Part shown: positions 37,974 through 48,279 of the stretch, piece by piece
Position numbering within the stretch: position 1 is the stretch's first letter
How the letters are laid out: every line of letters starts with the position of its first letter
NCBI GenBank assembly: GCA_963837955.1
Contig: CAWIPH010000002.1
Coordinates: 768,001 to 832,000 of the forward strand
DNA length: 64,000 bases
Direction: 5' to 3'
Origin: an uncultured Verrucomicrobiae bacterium
GTDB taxonomy: Bacteria > Verrucomicrobiota > Verrucomicrobiia > Chthoniobacterales > JAFAMB01
Made by a program: the position numbers and the translations under genes
The notes under the pieces: generated by a model
Database searches by the model: none
Told to the model about the DNA's origin: nothing
The model's input: the letters and a program-made list of their open reading frames with translations, nothing else

Positions 37974-39668
37974 ATGAGCATTCCGGCAACTGAAGTTCGG
38001 ACCTGGAGCGAACTGGAGCCGCGGTATATGGCGCTTCGCCAACGCGAGCTCAACCGGGATAATTTGTACCAATTTCTCTTGGACTGGAGCGATCTGGAGA
38101 AGGAAGTCGAAGAGCTGCAGACCTTCTTGATTTTGTCGGTCGATCTTAATACGGCTGACGAAAATGCTAACGATCTTCTGGTCCACTTTAATCAGGTGAC
38201 TCGGCCCAAGATTTCGGTCGCCAACGCTGCGTTGAGAAGCAAGGTTTTGGCGGTCGCAGAGCCGAAGGTCCCGGCTGAAGCCATTTCTGTGCTGAAGCGG
38301 ATGAGAACCGATGCAGCCGCTTATCGACCGTCCAATGTGCCTTTGGAGGCGGAGCAGGCGCACCTCGTTGCGCGGTACTCGCGACTCACGGGTAGTCAAT
38401 TGGTGAACTATGAGGGCGAAAAGCTTACCATTCCGGCGATCCAGGAAAAGTTGCGCGACCCGAATCGAGGAATCCGCGAGCGAGCTTGGAAGGCATGGCA
38501 ACGAGCTCGGCTCCAATTGGGTCCTCAATTGGATGAACTGTTTTTAAAACTGTTTGCCGTCCGCACGATGATGGCGAGGAACGCCGAATGCCAAAATTAT
38601 CGGGACCTTATCTGGCTGAACTATCACCGATACGACTACACGGCAGAGCAATGCTATGAACTGCATGAAAGTATCGAGAAAGAAGTTGTTCCGTTTGCGT
38701 CGGAACTCTTGGAGATCCAGCGGAAAGGATTGGGAGTCAAGGTTCTAAAGCCTTGGGACTTCTATTGGCGTTCACCGGTCGATCAGTATGGCAGAGAACC
38801 TCTCCGGCCGTTCGAAACGGTGATCGAACTTGAAGAAGGGATGCAGAGGGTTTTTTCCAGGATTGACGCCGAACTGGGCCAACAATTCGCGCACTTTCGA
38901 AAAGGATTTGTCGATCTCGGATCGCGCCCCAACAAAATGTCCCACGCCTACTGCGCGTCTTTTCCAACGCGTGGCATGCCATTCGTGCTGGAAAACGTGG
39001 TTGGATCCGAGAATGACGTTCGTATCACGCTGCACGAGTTTGGGCACGCCTTTCACGGCTATGCCAGCATGCGGGCGCAGCCGCTGGTCTGGAATCACTT
39101 TTCCGCGACGGAGTTTGTGGAGGTACCTTCCCAAGCGATGGAGGTCCTGGCTTTGCCGTTTTTACACAAGAACCGCGGAGGCTTTTACGATGACGACGGC
39201 TTGGCGCGAATTTATTGGACGCAAATATCCCAAATCGTCCATCTATTAAGCTGGATCGGGTTTATGGATGCGATTCAGCACTGGTTATACAGCGAATTGT
39301 CTGCGCCACCTTCAATCGGCAGCATTGATACGAAAGCCCGCGAGCTGAGCAAACGTTTCATGCCGCAAACCGGTTGGTCGGGATTTGAGTCTGAGCATGG
39401 AAAGATTTGGCATTACCATCATATATTCACCTCACCCTTTTACTACATCGAGTATGGTCTGAGCTGGCTGGGAGCGCTGCAGCTATGGCGGAAAAGCTTG
39501 TTGGATCCGAAAGATACGTTGGCGAGATACAAGACAGCACTAACCCTGGGAAACAGCAGGAGTGTGCCAGAGCTGTTTGCAGCCGCCGGCGCCAGTTTTG
39601 CTTTTGATATCGAGACAATCCGTGACCTCATGCGGTTCTTGCGTGAGGAACTCAAGCGATTCAAATAA
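37974..39668 (+). CDS. M3 family oligoendopeptidase (PepF-like)
   Basis: HEFGHAFH zinc motif, EVPSQAME, HIFTSPFYYIEYG. Confidence 0.92.
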   Translation: MSIPATEVRTWSELEPRYMALRQRELNRDNLYQFLLDWSDLEKEVEELQTFLILSVDLNTADENANDLLVHFNQVTRPKISVANAALRSKVLAVAEPKVPAEAISVLKRMRTDAAAYRPSNVPLEAEQAHLVARYSRLTGSQLVNYEGEKLTIPAIQEKLRDPNRGIRERAWKAWQRARLQLGPQLDELFLKLFAVRTMMARNAECQNYRDLIWLNYHRYDYTAEQCYELHESIEKEVVPFASELLEIQRKGLGVKVLKPWDFYWRSPVDQYGREPLRPFETVIELEEGMQRVFSRIDAELGQQFAHFRKGFVDLGSRPNKMSHAYCASFPTRGMPFVLENVVGSENDVRITLHEFGHAFHGYASMRAQPLVWNHFSATEFVEVPSQAMEVLALPFLHKNRGGFYDDDGLARIYWTQISQIVHLLSWIGFMDAIQHWLYSELSAPPSIGSIDTKARELSKRFMPQTGWSGFESEHGKIWHYHHIFTSPFYYIEYGLSWLGALQLWRKSLLDPKDTLARYKTALTLGNSRSVPELFAAAGASFAFDIETIRDLMRFLREELKRFK

Positions 39669-39904
39669 CCGATCTGCGCGAACTGCCATTGTCTTCGGCC
39701 AACGGAATCCGAGAATTCGCGCTTAACACCCACCTGGTAGAAGGGATTTTCTCGGTGATACTTTTTGGTAGAAAGGATGCTTGAAACTCAGCCCGGAGCG
39801 AGGCATGGAACATCGCGGTCTTGAGATTGATTGCGCGAGCTGAACGCAGAGCTTTCCCGGACCAGCCCATCGGCTATACTTGACATCATCGTACACTTCT
39901 CCTT

Positions 39905-41308
39905 ATGACCGCGCCTTCTTGTATTCTCGTGGCCGACGATCAACCGGCAGTCCGCGAGGCGCTCCGCATCCTTTTGGTCAATGAGGGATACCGGGTTGAG
40001 TTGGCCACGTCGCCGCAGGAGGCGCTGCGGTTAATCCGAGAGCAAGAGTTTGCATTAGCTATGCTGGATTTGAACTACGCGCGTGATACCACCAGCGGCG
40101 AAGAGGGGTTGGAGTTGGTCCAGCAACTGCAGAAAATCGAGGGAGCCCCGCCCGTTCTGGTAATGACGGCGTGGGCTACGGTTGATCTTGCGGTTGCGGC
40201 CATGCGGAATGGTGCGCGTGATTTTATCCAAAAGCCGTGGGATAACGCTCGGGTTCTCTCGATAATTCGAACCCAATTGCAGGTCGCTGCTGTGACCCGG
40301 CGGGCTAACCGACTGGAAGCCGAAAATCAACTGTTGCGGAAGGAAGTGGCCGGTTCGTTTGGGTCGGACTCTTTTGCTGAGGCGGACGCGCTCATTGCCC
40401 GTTCGGCTGGGATGCGAGCTGTCCTGGAGATGATTCGAAGGGTGGCTCCGGCCAAGGCCAACGTGCTCATTACTGGCGAAAACGGAACGGGCAAGGGCGT
40501 GGTGGCCCGGGCTTTGCACGGTGCTAGCGACCGGGCCGACAAACCTTTCATCACCATCAACATGGGAGGCCTCAGCGAAAGTCTCTTTGAGAGTGAATTG
40601 TTCGGTCATGTGAAAGGGGCGTTTACTGACGCTAAGTCCGATCGACCCGGCCGTTTCGAGCTGGCCGATGGAGGCACACTGTTCTTAGACGAGATCGGAA
40701 ACGTGCCGGTTGCCCAGCAGGCTAAGCTATTGCGTACCCTTGAGACCGGAGAGTTTGAGCGGCTGGGTTCATCGCGAGCGCGCCGTGCCGATGTCCGGCT
40801 GATTTCTGCGACGAACGCCGATTTGGTGGCGGACGTCGAGGCTGGCAGGTTCCGGCGCGATCTCTATTTTCGTTTGAATACTGTGGAAATAAACTTGCCT
40901 GCGCTGCGTGACCGTTTGGAAGACATTCCTGTTTTGGCCAGGCATTTTCTTCGCACTTACGCAGAGAGATATCGGAAGGAACTGAGCGACTTTACGTCTG
41001 AGGCCGATCAGTTACTACTTCGCCATCCCTGGCCAGGTAACGTCAGGGAACTGGATCACACTATTGAGCGCGCGGTTTTGATGGCTGATTCCGACCGGAT
41101 CGAACCGAATGATCTCGGACTCGCGACGATGAGTTCCGCGTCTAACTCGACGTCCATTGGACTTGAGCAGATGACGATCGAAGAGATCGAGAAAGTCCTG
41201 ATAAAGAAAGCACTGGATCGGTATGGCGGAAATGTCCGGCGGGCCGCCGAAGCGCTCGGATTGAGCCGAAGCACCTTTTATCGCCGCCTGCAAGAGCTCG
41301 ACCTCTAA
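39905..41308 (+). CDS. Sigma-54-dependent response regulator (NtrC family)
   Basis: REC domain, GENGTGKG, ESELFGHVKGAFTDA, WPGNVREL, Fis-type HTH. Confidence 0.93.
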   Translation: MTAPSCILVADDQPAVREALRILLVNEGYRVELATSPQEALRLIREQEFALAMLDLNYARDTTSGEEGLELVQQLQKIEGAPPVLVMTAWATVDLAVAAMRNGARDFIQKPWDNARVLSIIRTQLQVAAVTRRANRLEAENQLLRKEVAGSFGSDSFAEADALIARSAGMRAVLEMIRRVAPAKANVLITGENGTGKGVVARALHGASDRADKPFITINMGGLSESLFESELFGHVKGAFTDAKSDRPGRFELADGGTLFLDEIGNVPVAQQAKLLRTLETGEFERLGSSRARRADVRLISATNADLVADVEAGRFRRDLYFRLNTVEINLPALRDRLEDIPVLARHFLRTYAERYRKELSDFTSEADQLLLRHPWPGNVRELDHTIERAVLMADSDRIEPNDLGLATMSSASNSTSIGLEQMTIEEIEKVLIKKALDRYGGNVRRAAEALGLSRSTFYRRLQELDL

Positions 41309-41328
41309 AGCGTTCGAAAGATTTGGCG

Positions 41329-42678
41329 ATGGCCAATCGTAGTCATGGTATCTCGTTCAACCGCGTTTCCCTCGTAGCTACCGTTCAACTTCTGGTCGCA
41401 CTCGGCGGACTCCCCGCGATCGCGATCGCAATCGCTTTGCTCTGGCAGAGTGGCTGGTCGCCGATAGTAAGCGGAAGTTGCGCTCTTCTCATCATCGGTG
41501 TCTGGATCGGCTGCGTCATCGCTGGACGCGAGCAGATTCTCTTCCCGCTCCGGACGCTTTCCAATTTGCTGGCCGCGTTGCGCGAGGGTGATTACTCTTT
41601 GCGGGCAGCGTCAGCTCGCCGCCGCGACGCACTCGGGGAAGTGATGCGTGAGTTGAACGGTTTGAGTCAGGCTCTGCAGACCGAGCGTCAAGAAGCGACG
41701 GAAACAAACGCCTTGCTTCTGGCCGTCATCTCGAACATTGACCTGGCCGTTTTCACGTTCGACGAAGAGAGCCGCCTTCGTCTCGTTAACGATGCCGGTA
41801 CAAGGCTTTTGAACAAGCAGGGCGATGAACTGCTTGGCTCTACCGCGTCGGAGCTTGGCTTAGTGGAGTGTCTTCAGGGTAATCGGTCTGGCGTTCTGCA
41901 GAGGTCGTTCCCGGGCAGCTTCGGAACTCGATGGGAAATCCGCCGTTCCGCATTTCGGCAGCAAGGGCGGCCGCATCAATTACTGGTGCTATCAGATCTA
42001 AGCCAAACGTTACGCGATGAAGAGCGGAGAGCTTGGCAGCGACTGATTCGGGTACTAGGCCACGAGCTCAATAACTCACTTGGTCCGATTCAGTCAATTT
42101 CGGACAGCCTAAGTATGGTGGTCCGGCGCTCGCCGCCAGAACGTTCCCGAGAATGGGAATCGGATCTGGTTGCTGGACTTGAAGTCATTCGAGATCGTAC
42201 GTCGGCTCTCGGTCGATTTATGGAAGCGTATTCACAGTTAGCCCGATTGCCGGCTCCCCGCCGGCAACCGTGTGAGATTGGTGAGTTGGTGCGGCGTGCG
42301 GCCAAGTTGGAGTACCGAATGGCCGTCCTGGTCGAACCGTGTTTTGACGGGCTAGCTAATTTAGATCCGGACCAAATCGAGCAGGCCCTCATTAACCTAA
42401 TCCGGAACGCGGTCGACGCGGTGGTGGAGACGCATGGAGCGGTGCGGGTACGCTGGTCGCTAGAGGGTCAAAATCTAGAAATCGAAGTACTGGATGAAGG
42501 GGCAGGCCTGCCAAACACCACTAACCTCTTTGTACCCTTCTTTACCACCAAACCGGGAGGTAATGGCATTGGGTTGGTTCTTAGCCGCCAAATTGCCGAA
42601 GCTCATGGGGGGACGCTGATTGTCGAAAACAGGAAAGATCGGTCCGGCTGCCGCGCGTTGCTTCGGGTGGTGGCGTAG
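41329..42678 (+). CDS. Sensor histidine kinase (NtrY-like)
   Basis: Two TM segments, GHELNNSL H-box, NLIRNA, DEGAG, FFTTK..GNGIGL. Confidence 0.9.
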   Translation: MANRSHGISFNRVSLVATVQLLVALGGLPAIAIAIALLWQSGWSPIVSGSCALLIIGVWIGCVIAGREQILFPLRTLSNLLAALREGDYSLRAASARRRDALGEVMRELNGLSQALQTERQEATETNALLLAVISNIDLAVFTFDEESRLRLVNDAGTRLLNKQGDELLGSTASELGLVECLQGNRSGVLQRSFPGSFGTRWEIRRSAFRQQGRPHQLLVLSDLSQTLRDEERRAWQRLIRVLGHELNNSLGPIQSISDSLSMVVRRSPPERSREWESDLVAGLEVIRDRTSALGRFMEAYSQLARLPAPRRQPCEIGELVRRAAKLEYRMAVLVEPCFDGLANLDPDQIEQALINLIRNAVDAVVETHGAVRVRWSLEGQNLEIEVLDEGAGLPNTTNLFVPFFTTKPGGNGIGLVLSRQIAEAHGGTLIVENRKDRSGCRALLRVVA

Positions 42679-42705
42679 CTTGATGCTCCGCATCGATTGT
42701 CAGAA

Positions 42706-42831
42706 GTGATTGGTGAACGGTGATTAGTGATTAGGTTAGCAATTGGTAAGCAGTAAGAGGACTGCGGTAGATTTCTGTCGAAAGTTTGCCGATAGGCATC
42801 CACCATTCACTAATCACCTCTCACCAATCAC
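42706..42831. repeat. Inverted pair of heptamer-repeat arms between convergent genes
   Basis: gtgattggtgaacggtgattagtga (42706-42730) and tcactaatcacctctcaccaatcac (42807-42831) are 23/25 complementary and built of GTGAnnn units. Confidence 0.75.
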
Positions 42832-42863
42832 CGACACCTCCCTGAGGCCGGAGCATCAGGCTA

Positions 42864-44654
42864 CTACCGGTGACAGTGCGTTACAATCAATGCGATAACG
42901 AAAACGACGATTGGAAGGGCCGCTGAAATCACCACCAAACGCATTCCTCGCCATCGGGTCTTCCAGGCTTTTGGCGACTGTAAACGCTCATGTCTTTCGG
43001 TAACTTTCACTGACTCCGGATCGTCTAAGTCCGCTTTCATTGCGGCCGCGCTGGCGTAGCGGCGAAATGGTTCGCGCTCCATGGCGTGGAGGATGATTTC
43101 CTCTAGCTCGGGGCTGATCTCCGGATTGACCTTCCGTGGAGCGATTGGGTCGCCGGTTATACGGGAATTCATGACAATGAACGGATTCGGGCCTTCGAAC
43201 GGCACACGGCCTGTGGTCATTTCGTATAGAATCGCACCCAGACTGTAGATATCGGTTCTTTCGTCGCCTCGTCTTCCTTTTACCTGCTCCGGTGCCATGT
43301 AGTCAGGCGTTCCCATGGCCGGACTAAACCCGGCAAAAGTGATGCGACGCATTTCCATTGCTTTAGCTATTCCGAAATCCATGATCCGAATCGAGCCGTC
43401 ATTGGTGATCATGATGTTCTGCGGCTTGAGATCACGGTGCACGATTTTGTGTTCGTGCATGTGGGCGAGCGCGTCGCAGATGGAGCTCGCGATCTGAACG
43501 GCGTCCGGAATTGGGATCGGCCGGACTTCGTTCATGATTTCGCTTAAGGTACGCCCCTCCAAATATTCCATCGCTATGTATGGGCGGCTTTGGTCGGTGA
43601 CGTTAATGAAACGCAGAATGTTCGGGTGATTTAGAATCTTTCCGATCTCTGCTTCGCGCTGAAATCTGGCGAAGGAACCGGTATCCGATTCAAATTGCAT
43701 GTGAGGCACTTTTACCGCCATAGTTTCTTCGGTTAGAAGATCCTTGGCTTTATAAATTGAAGCCATGCCGCTCCGGCTAATCACGCTCTCGATCTGAAAG
43801 CGCTTATCTAACACCTCACCTACTTGAACTTCATTGTGCATGTGATTCCCCGGTCCCTGAAGGGAGGTCTTTAGAAATGAAATTGGGGAGTCATACCGCG
43901 TTTCGCTTAACCGGTCAATCTGTACAACCTGAGCGGTCAGGTTATCATCTGTCCCACGACGCTCGGAGAGGGAGACGAGATAGGGGCAAATTTCATCCAT
44001 GTTGAGCCGATCAACCCCTTCGCTAAGCTCCCCATCATTCATGAAACAGTAGAGGCCATCCGTGCATTGGAGAATTCGGTCATGAGAAGCAAGCTTCAAT
44101 CGTTTGTAATCCATGCGCACGATGGGTTCTGAACCTATGCTTCGCGTGAGCATCGACCGTAAATGGCTTGCTCGCGCTTCATGTTCCGTGATTAGCCGAA
44201 GCTTTAATTGCAAGCCAGTATAGGAGTGATCGTCTGTCAGACGGCGAATCTCTTCGTTTCTAACCAAGTAGACTCGCGAATCTCCCACGTGACCAATCGC
44301 CAGCTCTTTGTCACGAAAGATGCATACGGTGAGAGTCGTCGACATGCGTCCGCCACTCGGGTCTTTCATGCCAGCTTCGTAAATGGCAAGATTGGTGCGA
44401 TCAAAAATTTCTTTGAGCAATTGCTTGGTGGGGATCCGAGGGTCAGTATCCTGGAAGATGCTTAGGGCAGTATCTACCGCCATTTTGCTGGCGACTTCAC
44501 CGTGTGCTTGTCCTCCCACGCCGTCTGCTATAATCGCGATCGCTCCTTGCCGGCGCCGCACTTCCTCATCGTCGGACTCCCAGTAGGCGAACGCATCTTC
44601 GTTCTTCTTACGTTTCGGTCCCGAGGAGGACTGGGCAAAATGGCTAAGTCGCAT
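42864..44654 (-). CDS. Bifunctional PP2C phosphatase / Hanks-type Ser/Thr kinase with a C-terminal TM
   Basis: PP2C motifs NEDA, IADGVGG, HVGDSR, CTDGL, DDNLT; kinase motifs AVKV, HRDLKPQN, DFG, YMAPE. Confidence 0.92.
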   Translation of the reverse strand: MRLSHFAQSSSGPKRKKNEDAFAYWESDDEEVRRRQGAIAIIADGVGGQAHGEVASKMAVDTALSIFQDTDPRIPTKQLLKEIFDRTNLAIYEAGMKDPSGGRMSTTLTVCIFRDKELAIGHVGDSRVYLVRNEEIRRLTDDHSYTGLQLKLRLITEHEARASHLRSMLTRSIGSEPIVRMDYKRLKLASHDRILQCTDGLYCFMNDGELSEGVDRLNMDEICPYLVSLSERRGTDDNLTAQVVQIDRLSETRYDSPISFLKTSLQGPGNHMHNEVQVGEVLDKRFQIESVISRSGMASIYKAKDLLTEETMAVKVPHMQFESDTGSFARFQREAEIGKILNHPNILRFINVTDQSRPYIAMEYLEGRTLSEIMNEVRPIPIPDAVQIASSICDALAHMHEHKIVHRDLKPQNIMITNDGSIRIMDFGIAKAMEMRRITFAGFSPAMGTPDYMAPEQVKGRRGDERTDIYSLGAILYEMTTGRVPFEGPNPFIVMNSRITGDPIAPRKVNPEISPELEEIILHAMEREPFRRYASAAAMKADLDDPESVKVTERHERLQSPKAWKTRWRGMRLVVISAALPIVVFVIALIVTHCHR

Positions 44655-45225
44655 GGCGAGAGAGAATACTATGCCAAAGGAAAGAGAGGCGAGAAGTGCG
44701 CGGGTTCACTCTATTCGATCCGTACAAAACGGGCTGGATGAATCGCCAGCTGTTCCCGGCTTTTCCGGCAAAAAAACTGCTGCCATCGGTGATCCATCCG
44801 ATGGCAGCACAGTACGCATCTTGCCTAATGACGGAGAAGAAAATTTGACTACGCTGGGGCTTCTGCAAAAACCGGTTTGATTTTTTTCTTACTGGAAAAG
44901 AAGAAAGACATTGCGCTGTAAGTTCTCGAAGCGACTGCGAGCGCTAGTGCTAGACACCGTTCTTTCCAGCTCATGGACACTGGAGTATTTGAGCGTTCTC
45001 TAGCATAGGGTGGGGAGGAGAATCCTTTGGACCCGATGCAGCACCGATCGTGCCATTCCGCGTAAAGGTACAATTCGACGAGGAGAACCGATCGCCTGAT
45101 CGATAGTCAGAAAGGATTATTCTGGCTAAATCCGATCAGAAACTCGCCTTCCGATCAAAAATCAGCACGAGAATCCGTCCAACGACGTGGTTGGTGAAGT
45201 CCGCGAGCCGTATAAAGTCAGGCAA

Positions 45226-45972
45226 ATGGAATCTGACCTTGTTTGCGTGCAAGAGCATTATGAAAAACTGCTCGCCGACCGCTATAGCTGGATGTTCGGC
45301 TCGTTCGAAACAAGAACGGCCCAACAATACACGCTTTTCAGCTCTCATGGTATCGAGCCGCGCCTCGGAGGTCTAGCGCTGGATCTAGGCAGCGGCCCCG
45401 GCTTTCAATCGATTGCACTGGCCCAGGTCGGATTTCGGGTTACGGCAGTCGACGTGAGTGAACGGCTACTCAACGAGTTGGAAGAGCGGCGCGGCAATTT
45501 TCCGATTGATACTGTCCGATCTGACCTGCGAGACCTTTCCCGGTTTTCAGATGCTTCGTTCGAGTTGGTCGTCTGTTTGGGCGACACCCTGACTCACCTT
45601 CCGCAAAAAGAAGATATTCCCTCACTATTAAGGGATGTGGACCGGATCCTGGAGCCGGGCGGCAGGCTGGCGATAGACTTCCGTGATCTAACGCAAGAGC
45701 TCCGCGGTCTGGATAGGTTTATCCCGGTGAGAAGCGATCCGGACCGAATCATGACGTGCGTTCTGGAGTACGAACCGGAAACGGTGTTGGTCCATGATCT
45801 TGTTTACGAGAGAAACGGTCCCAATTGGGACTTTCGTAAGAGCTGTTACAGCAAGATCCGGCTCGCTCCAAATTGGGTGTGCGCCCAACTGGAAGAAATT
45901 GGGTTAAAGATCGATTTTCACGAAGTGAAGTCCGGATTCCACGTGATCGGGTCGACCAAATCGATACGATAA
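45226..45972 (+). CDS. Class I SAM-dependent methyltransferase
   Basis: ALDLGSGPG, AVD, VCLGDTLTHL, LEPGG. Confidence 0.85.
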   Translation: MESDLVCVQEHYEKLLADRYSWMFGSFETRTAQQYTLFSSHGIEPRLGGLALDLGSGPGFQSIALAQVGFRVTAVDVSERLLNELEERRGNFPIDTVRSDLRDLSRFSDASFELVVCLGDTLTHLPQKEDIPSLLRDVDRILEPGGRLAIDFRDLTQELRGLDRFIPVRSDPDRIMTCVLEYEPETVLVHDLVYERNGPNWDFRKSCYSKIRLAPNWVCAQLEEIGLKIDFHEVKSGFHVIGSTKSIR

Positions 45973-46036
45973 CGGAAGAGGGTGGCCAGATCGCAGCGAT
46001 TTAGCATACGCCTTAGAAGTTGTGAAGAACACGCGT

Positions 46037-46262
46037 CCCGGAGGGACTCAATGAAAGTAGCCCAGTACGAAGTGCTGGGAAATAATGCAAAAAGGGGCGT
46101 CCGTCCCGCCAGAGGGACGATCGAAGTGTTTTGGCTCCTGGTCCTCTGGTATGCGCCTTCACGAGCACAAGCAACCATCGATCGTCCCGTCCGGGACGTA
46201 TCGCTTTAAAAGAACGTGACCCAGCACTTCGTACTGGGCTACTTTCATTCGGTCCCTCCGGG
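46037..46262. repeat. MITE/REP-like nested palindromic element
   Basis: 43-bp terminal inverted arms (46037-46079 and 46220-46262, 2 mismatches), plus inner cgtccc..gggacg hairpins in inverted orientation. Confidence 0.85.
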
Positions 46263-46541
46263 CGATCGAAACGTTCGCGATTTCGAACTTCGGATAATAC
46301 CGCAAAACTTCCTTTTTAGCGGACACAGCCAACCGATTTTCGCCCTCGTCACTTCTGGATTCTGAATTCGGGCTCTTATTCTCTTTCAGGCGTCCCACGT
46401 TCGACGGGAATTTCCCATTATCGGAACCGCCAAAGCGCTGTGTCAGAGCGTTTTAACTAGGCGCGCGATTTGATTTCTAAAATTAATTTCTCCTCGGGGA
46501 ACAGCTTCGTTTACTCCTGGAGAATAGGGATTCGGCCGGGT

Positions 46542-46558
46542 TTGGCATTGGCTATGCG
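46542..46558 (+). promoter_or_regulatory. Putative sigma-54 (-24/-12) promoter
   Basis: TTGGCATTGGCTATGCG has exact GG-N10-GC spacing and lies ~65 bp upstream of the ATG at 46621. Confidence 0.5.
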
Positions 46559-46620
46559 TAGTAGAGAAACCGAGCGGTGAACCCGCTCCCACCAACCAAC
46601 CAAAAACGAACCGAACCAAC

Positions 46621-46827
46621 ATGAAAAAACTACTGTTAACTATCGCCCTACTGGGCGTTTCCTTGACGAGCTTGGCACCCATTGCCAGCGCCCATAATCC
46701 CGGATGCTATCATCCTTGCTTTCATTCCGAGTGCTGGTACCCAAATTACAGCTACCAGGATTGCGACGATGATTATTATTTCTGCCATCCGCATCGTCAT
46801 CGCTGCCACATAGAGTTCGTGCCGTAA
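46621..46827 (+). CDS. Small secreted Cys/His/Tyr-rich peptide
   Basis: Classic signal peptide MKKLLL...ASA; 44-aa mature part with 6 Cys; A/C-rich leader and downstream hairpin. Confidence 0.75.
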   Translation: MKKLLLTIALLGVSLTSLAPIASAHNPGCYHPCFHSECWYPNYSYQDCDDDYYFCHPHRHRCHIEFVP

Positions 46828-46833
46828 TCAATC

Positions 46834-46863
46834 TTGGTCGAAAGATTCACCTTTTTCGACCAA
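46834..46863 (+). terminator. Hairpin directly after the small peptide gene
   Basis: 10-bp stem ttggtcgaaa/tttcgaccaa; no clear U-tract. Confidence 0.45.
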
Positions 46864-47616
46864 ACCCGGCCCTAAAAACACAAATCGTGAGTCGGTCGCA
46901 GCGTACTACGGCATATCGATGAGCACCCCGCAAAAATCTATATCGTCTATTCCTGATCAAGTCGACAGGGTCGCTCCTTTCCGGAGTCTCCCTTCACCTG
47001 GAGCGGCGGAAACACAAAGAGAAAAAGAAGACGTTTCCGCCGAAGTTTTTCAGAGACCCGAAACAGAAGACAGCAAAGATTCGGTCTCTGGCGACAGCAT
47101 TGTCATCCGTTAGATCTCGTTTGGCAGAGAGACCATCGTAACCTGTTCGAAGAGGCTCGGAGCCTTCAGTCAGTCAAATCTTCCTCCTGAATAGAGCCTC
47201 GATCTTTGCTTCCCTTGTTCGCTTCTGTTCAGAAGCTATTTTATTCGATCCACGGTTTCTACCTGAAAAGAGACTCCGAATCGTGGATCAGTCCTGAGTT
47301 GAAATCGGCGGCAAGGCGCTTTTCTTGGCCTGACGTCACGTTCCGGATGCCAGGTTCGGTCGCCGAGATCTTGTGGCAGAGTCTATTTCAAGATCTGCGG
47401 ACCCTTGCCCAAAGCGATGAAGCTGGGAAGGGTTTAGCGGCCCGTGCTTGAATTCGAAGCGAACGAATTGCGACAGAACGAGTCTTGCCGACGCCAAGGT
47501 TTAGCGCTAAGCACCTTGCAACGCCGACTTGGGAAACGGCGCTTAGGCCAAGGTGAAGCAGAAAGTTACCGTTAATGTTTTCTATTGCGCGGCACGGTTG
47601 AGACCGTGCCAGATAG

Positions 47617-48009
47617 ATGCCGAGCCTTCATTTAAGTATGCTCCATAACTTCATGCGATGGGTCAGCGCTGGATTTGCGCTCGTAGCTGTTCTCGGCAGC
47701 ATTTTTTTGCTGCTTCTTGATACTTTTCCTCATCTTGTTTCTGTAAAACATGCAGCGAGTTCGGCGGCTCCTCTTTTGCTCATTGGGGCAGCGTATATCT
47801 CGCTGCAGCCGATGGTCCGACCCCGGCCTATTGAACTCCTTAAGCGACTGTTGCTTGGATTCGCGTTCATTTTGTGGGGAATCGTTCAGCTTTTGCCGTC
47901 GGGAAGGACAACGGCCGTTCTGGGCGACATCGTGATCGTACTTTTTGTCGTTGATCTATCTCTCATCATAAAGACCCACCTTCAACGCGAGGATTGGAAC
48001 AGCCCTTAA
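47617..48009 (+). CDS. Hypothetical 4-TM membrane protein
   Basis: Four hydrophobic segments; fills the intergenic space. Confidence 0.65.
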   Translation: MPSLHLSMLHNFMRWVSAGFALVAVLGSIFLLLLDTFPHLVSVKHAASSAAPLLLIGAAYISLQPMVRPRPIELLKRLLLGFAFILWGIVQLLPSGRTTAVLGDIVIVLFVVDLSLIIKTHLQREDWNSP

Positions 48010-48279
48010 AGACCCCGGACTGGGTCTGGTCGCTGCGATTTAAATTGTGGTTCATGGCAGTCTTCGGTGCGCTGCGTCGGCGAGCTTCTGTAATCCATGT
48101 GCAGGTGAGGTCATAGCGACCCGGCAAAGAAAGATACCCCAGACCAGTAGTTGCATGCCCAATCGCAGATTGAAATCCACGTTTAGAGAACACTAGTCAA
48201 ATCTGCTGACTAACGGATTAGTAATGTACTCTAGACTGCGAACTGAAGTCGCCTAAACTTCCGGCACTTCCCATCTTCG

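Noticed and set aside
44644..45135. Small ORFs between the kinase and methyltransferase genes
   Set aside because: No recognisable motifs or translation signals; they cannot be supported.
46919..47451. ORFs 46919-47113 and 47206-47451
   Set aside because: Short, with no motifs. The first could be a real small protein, but the evidence is insufficient.
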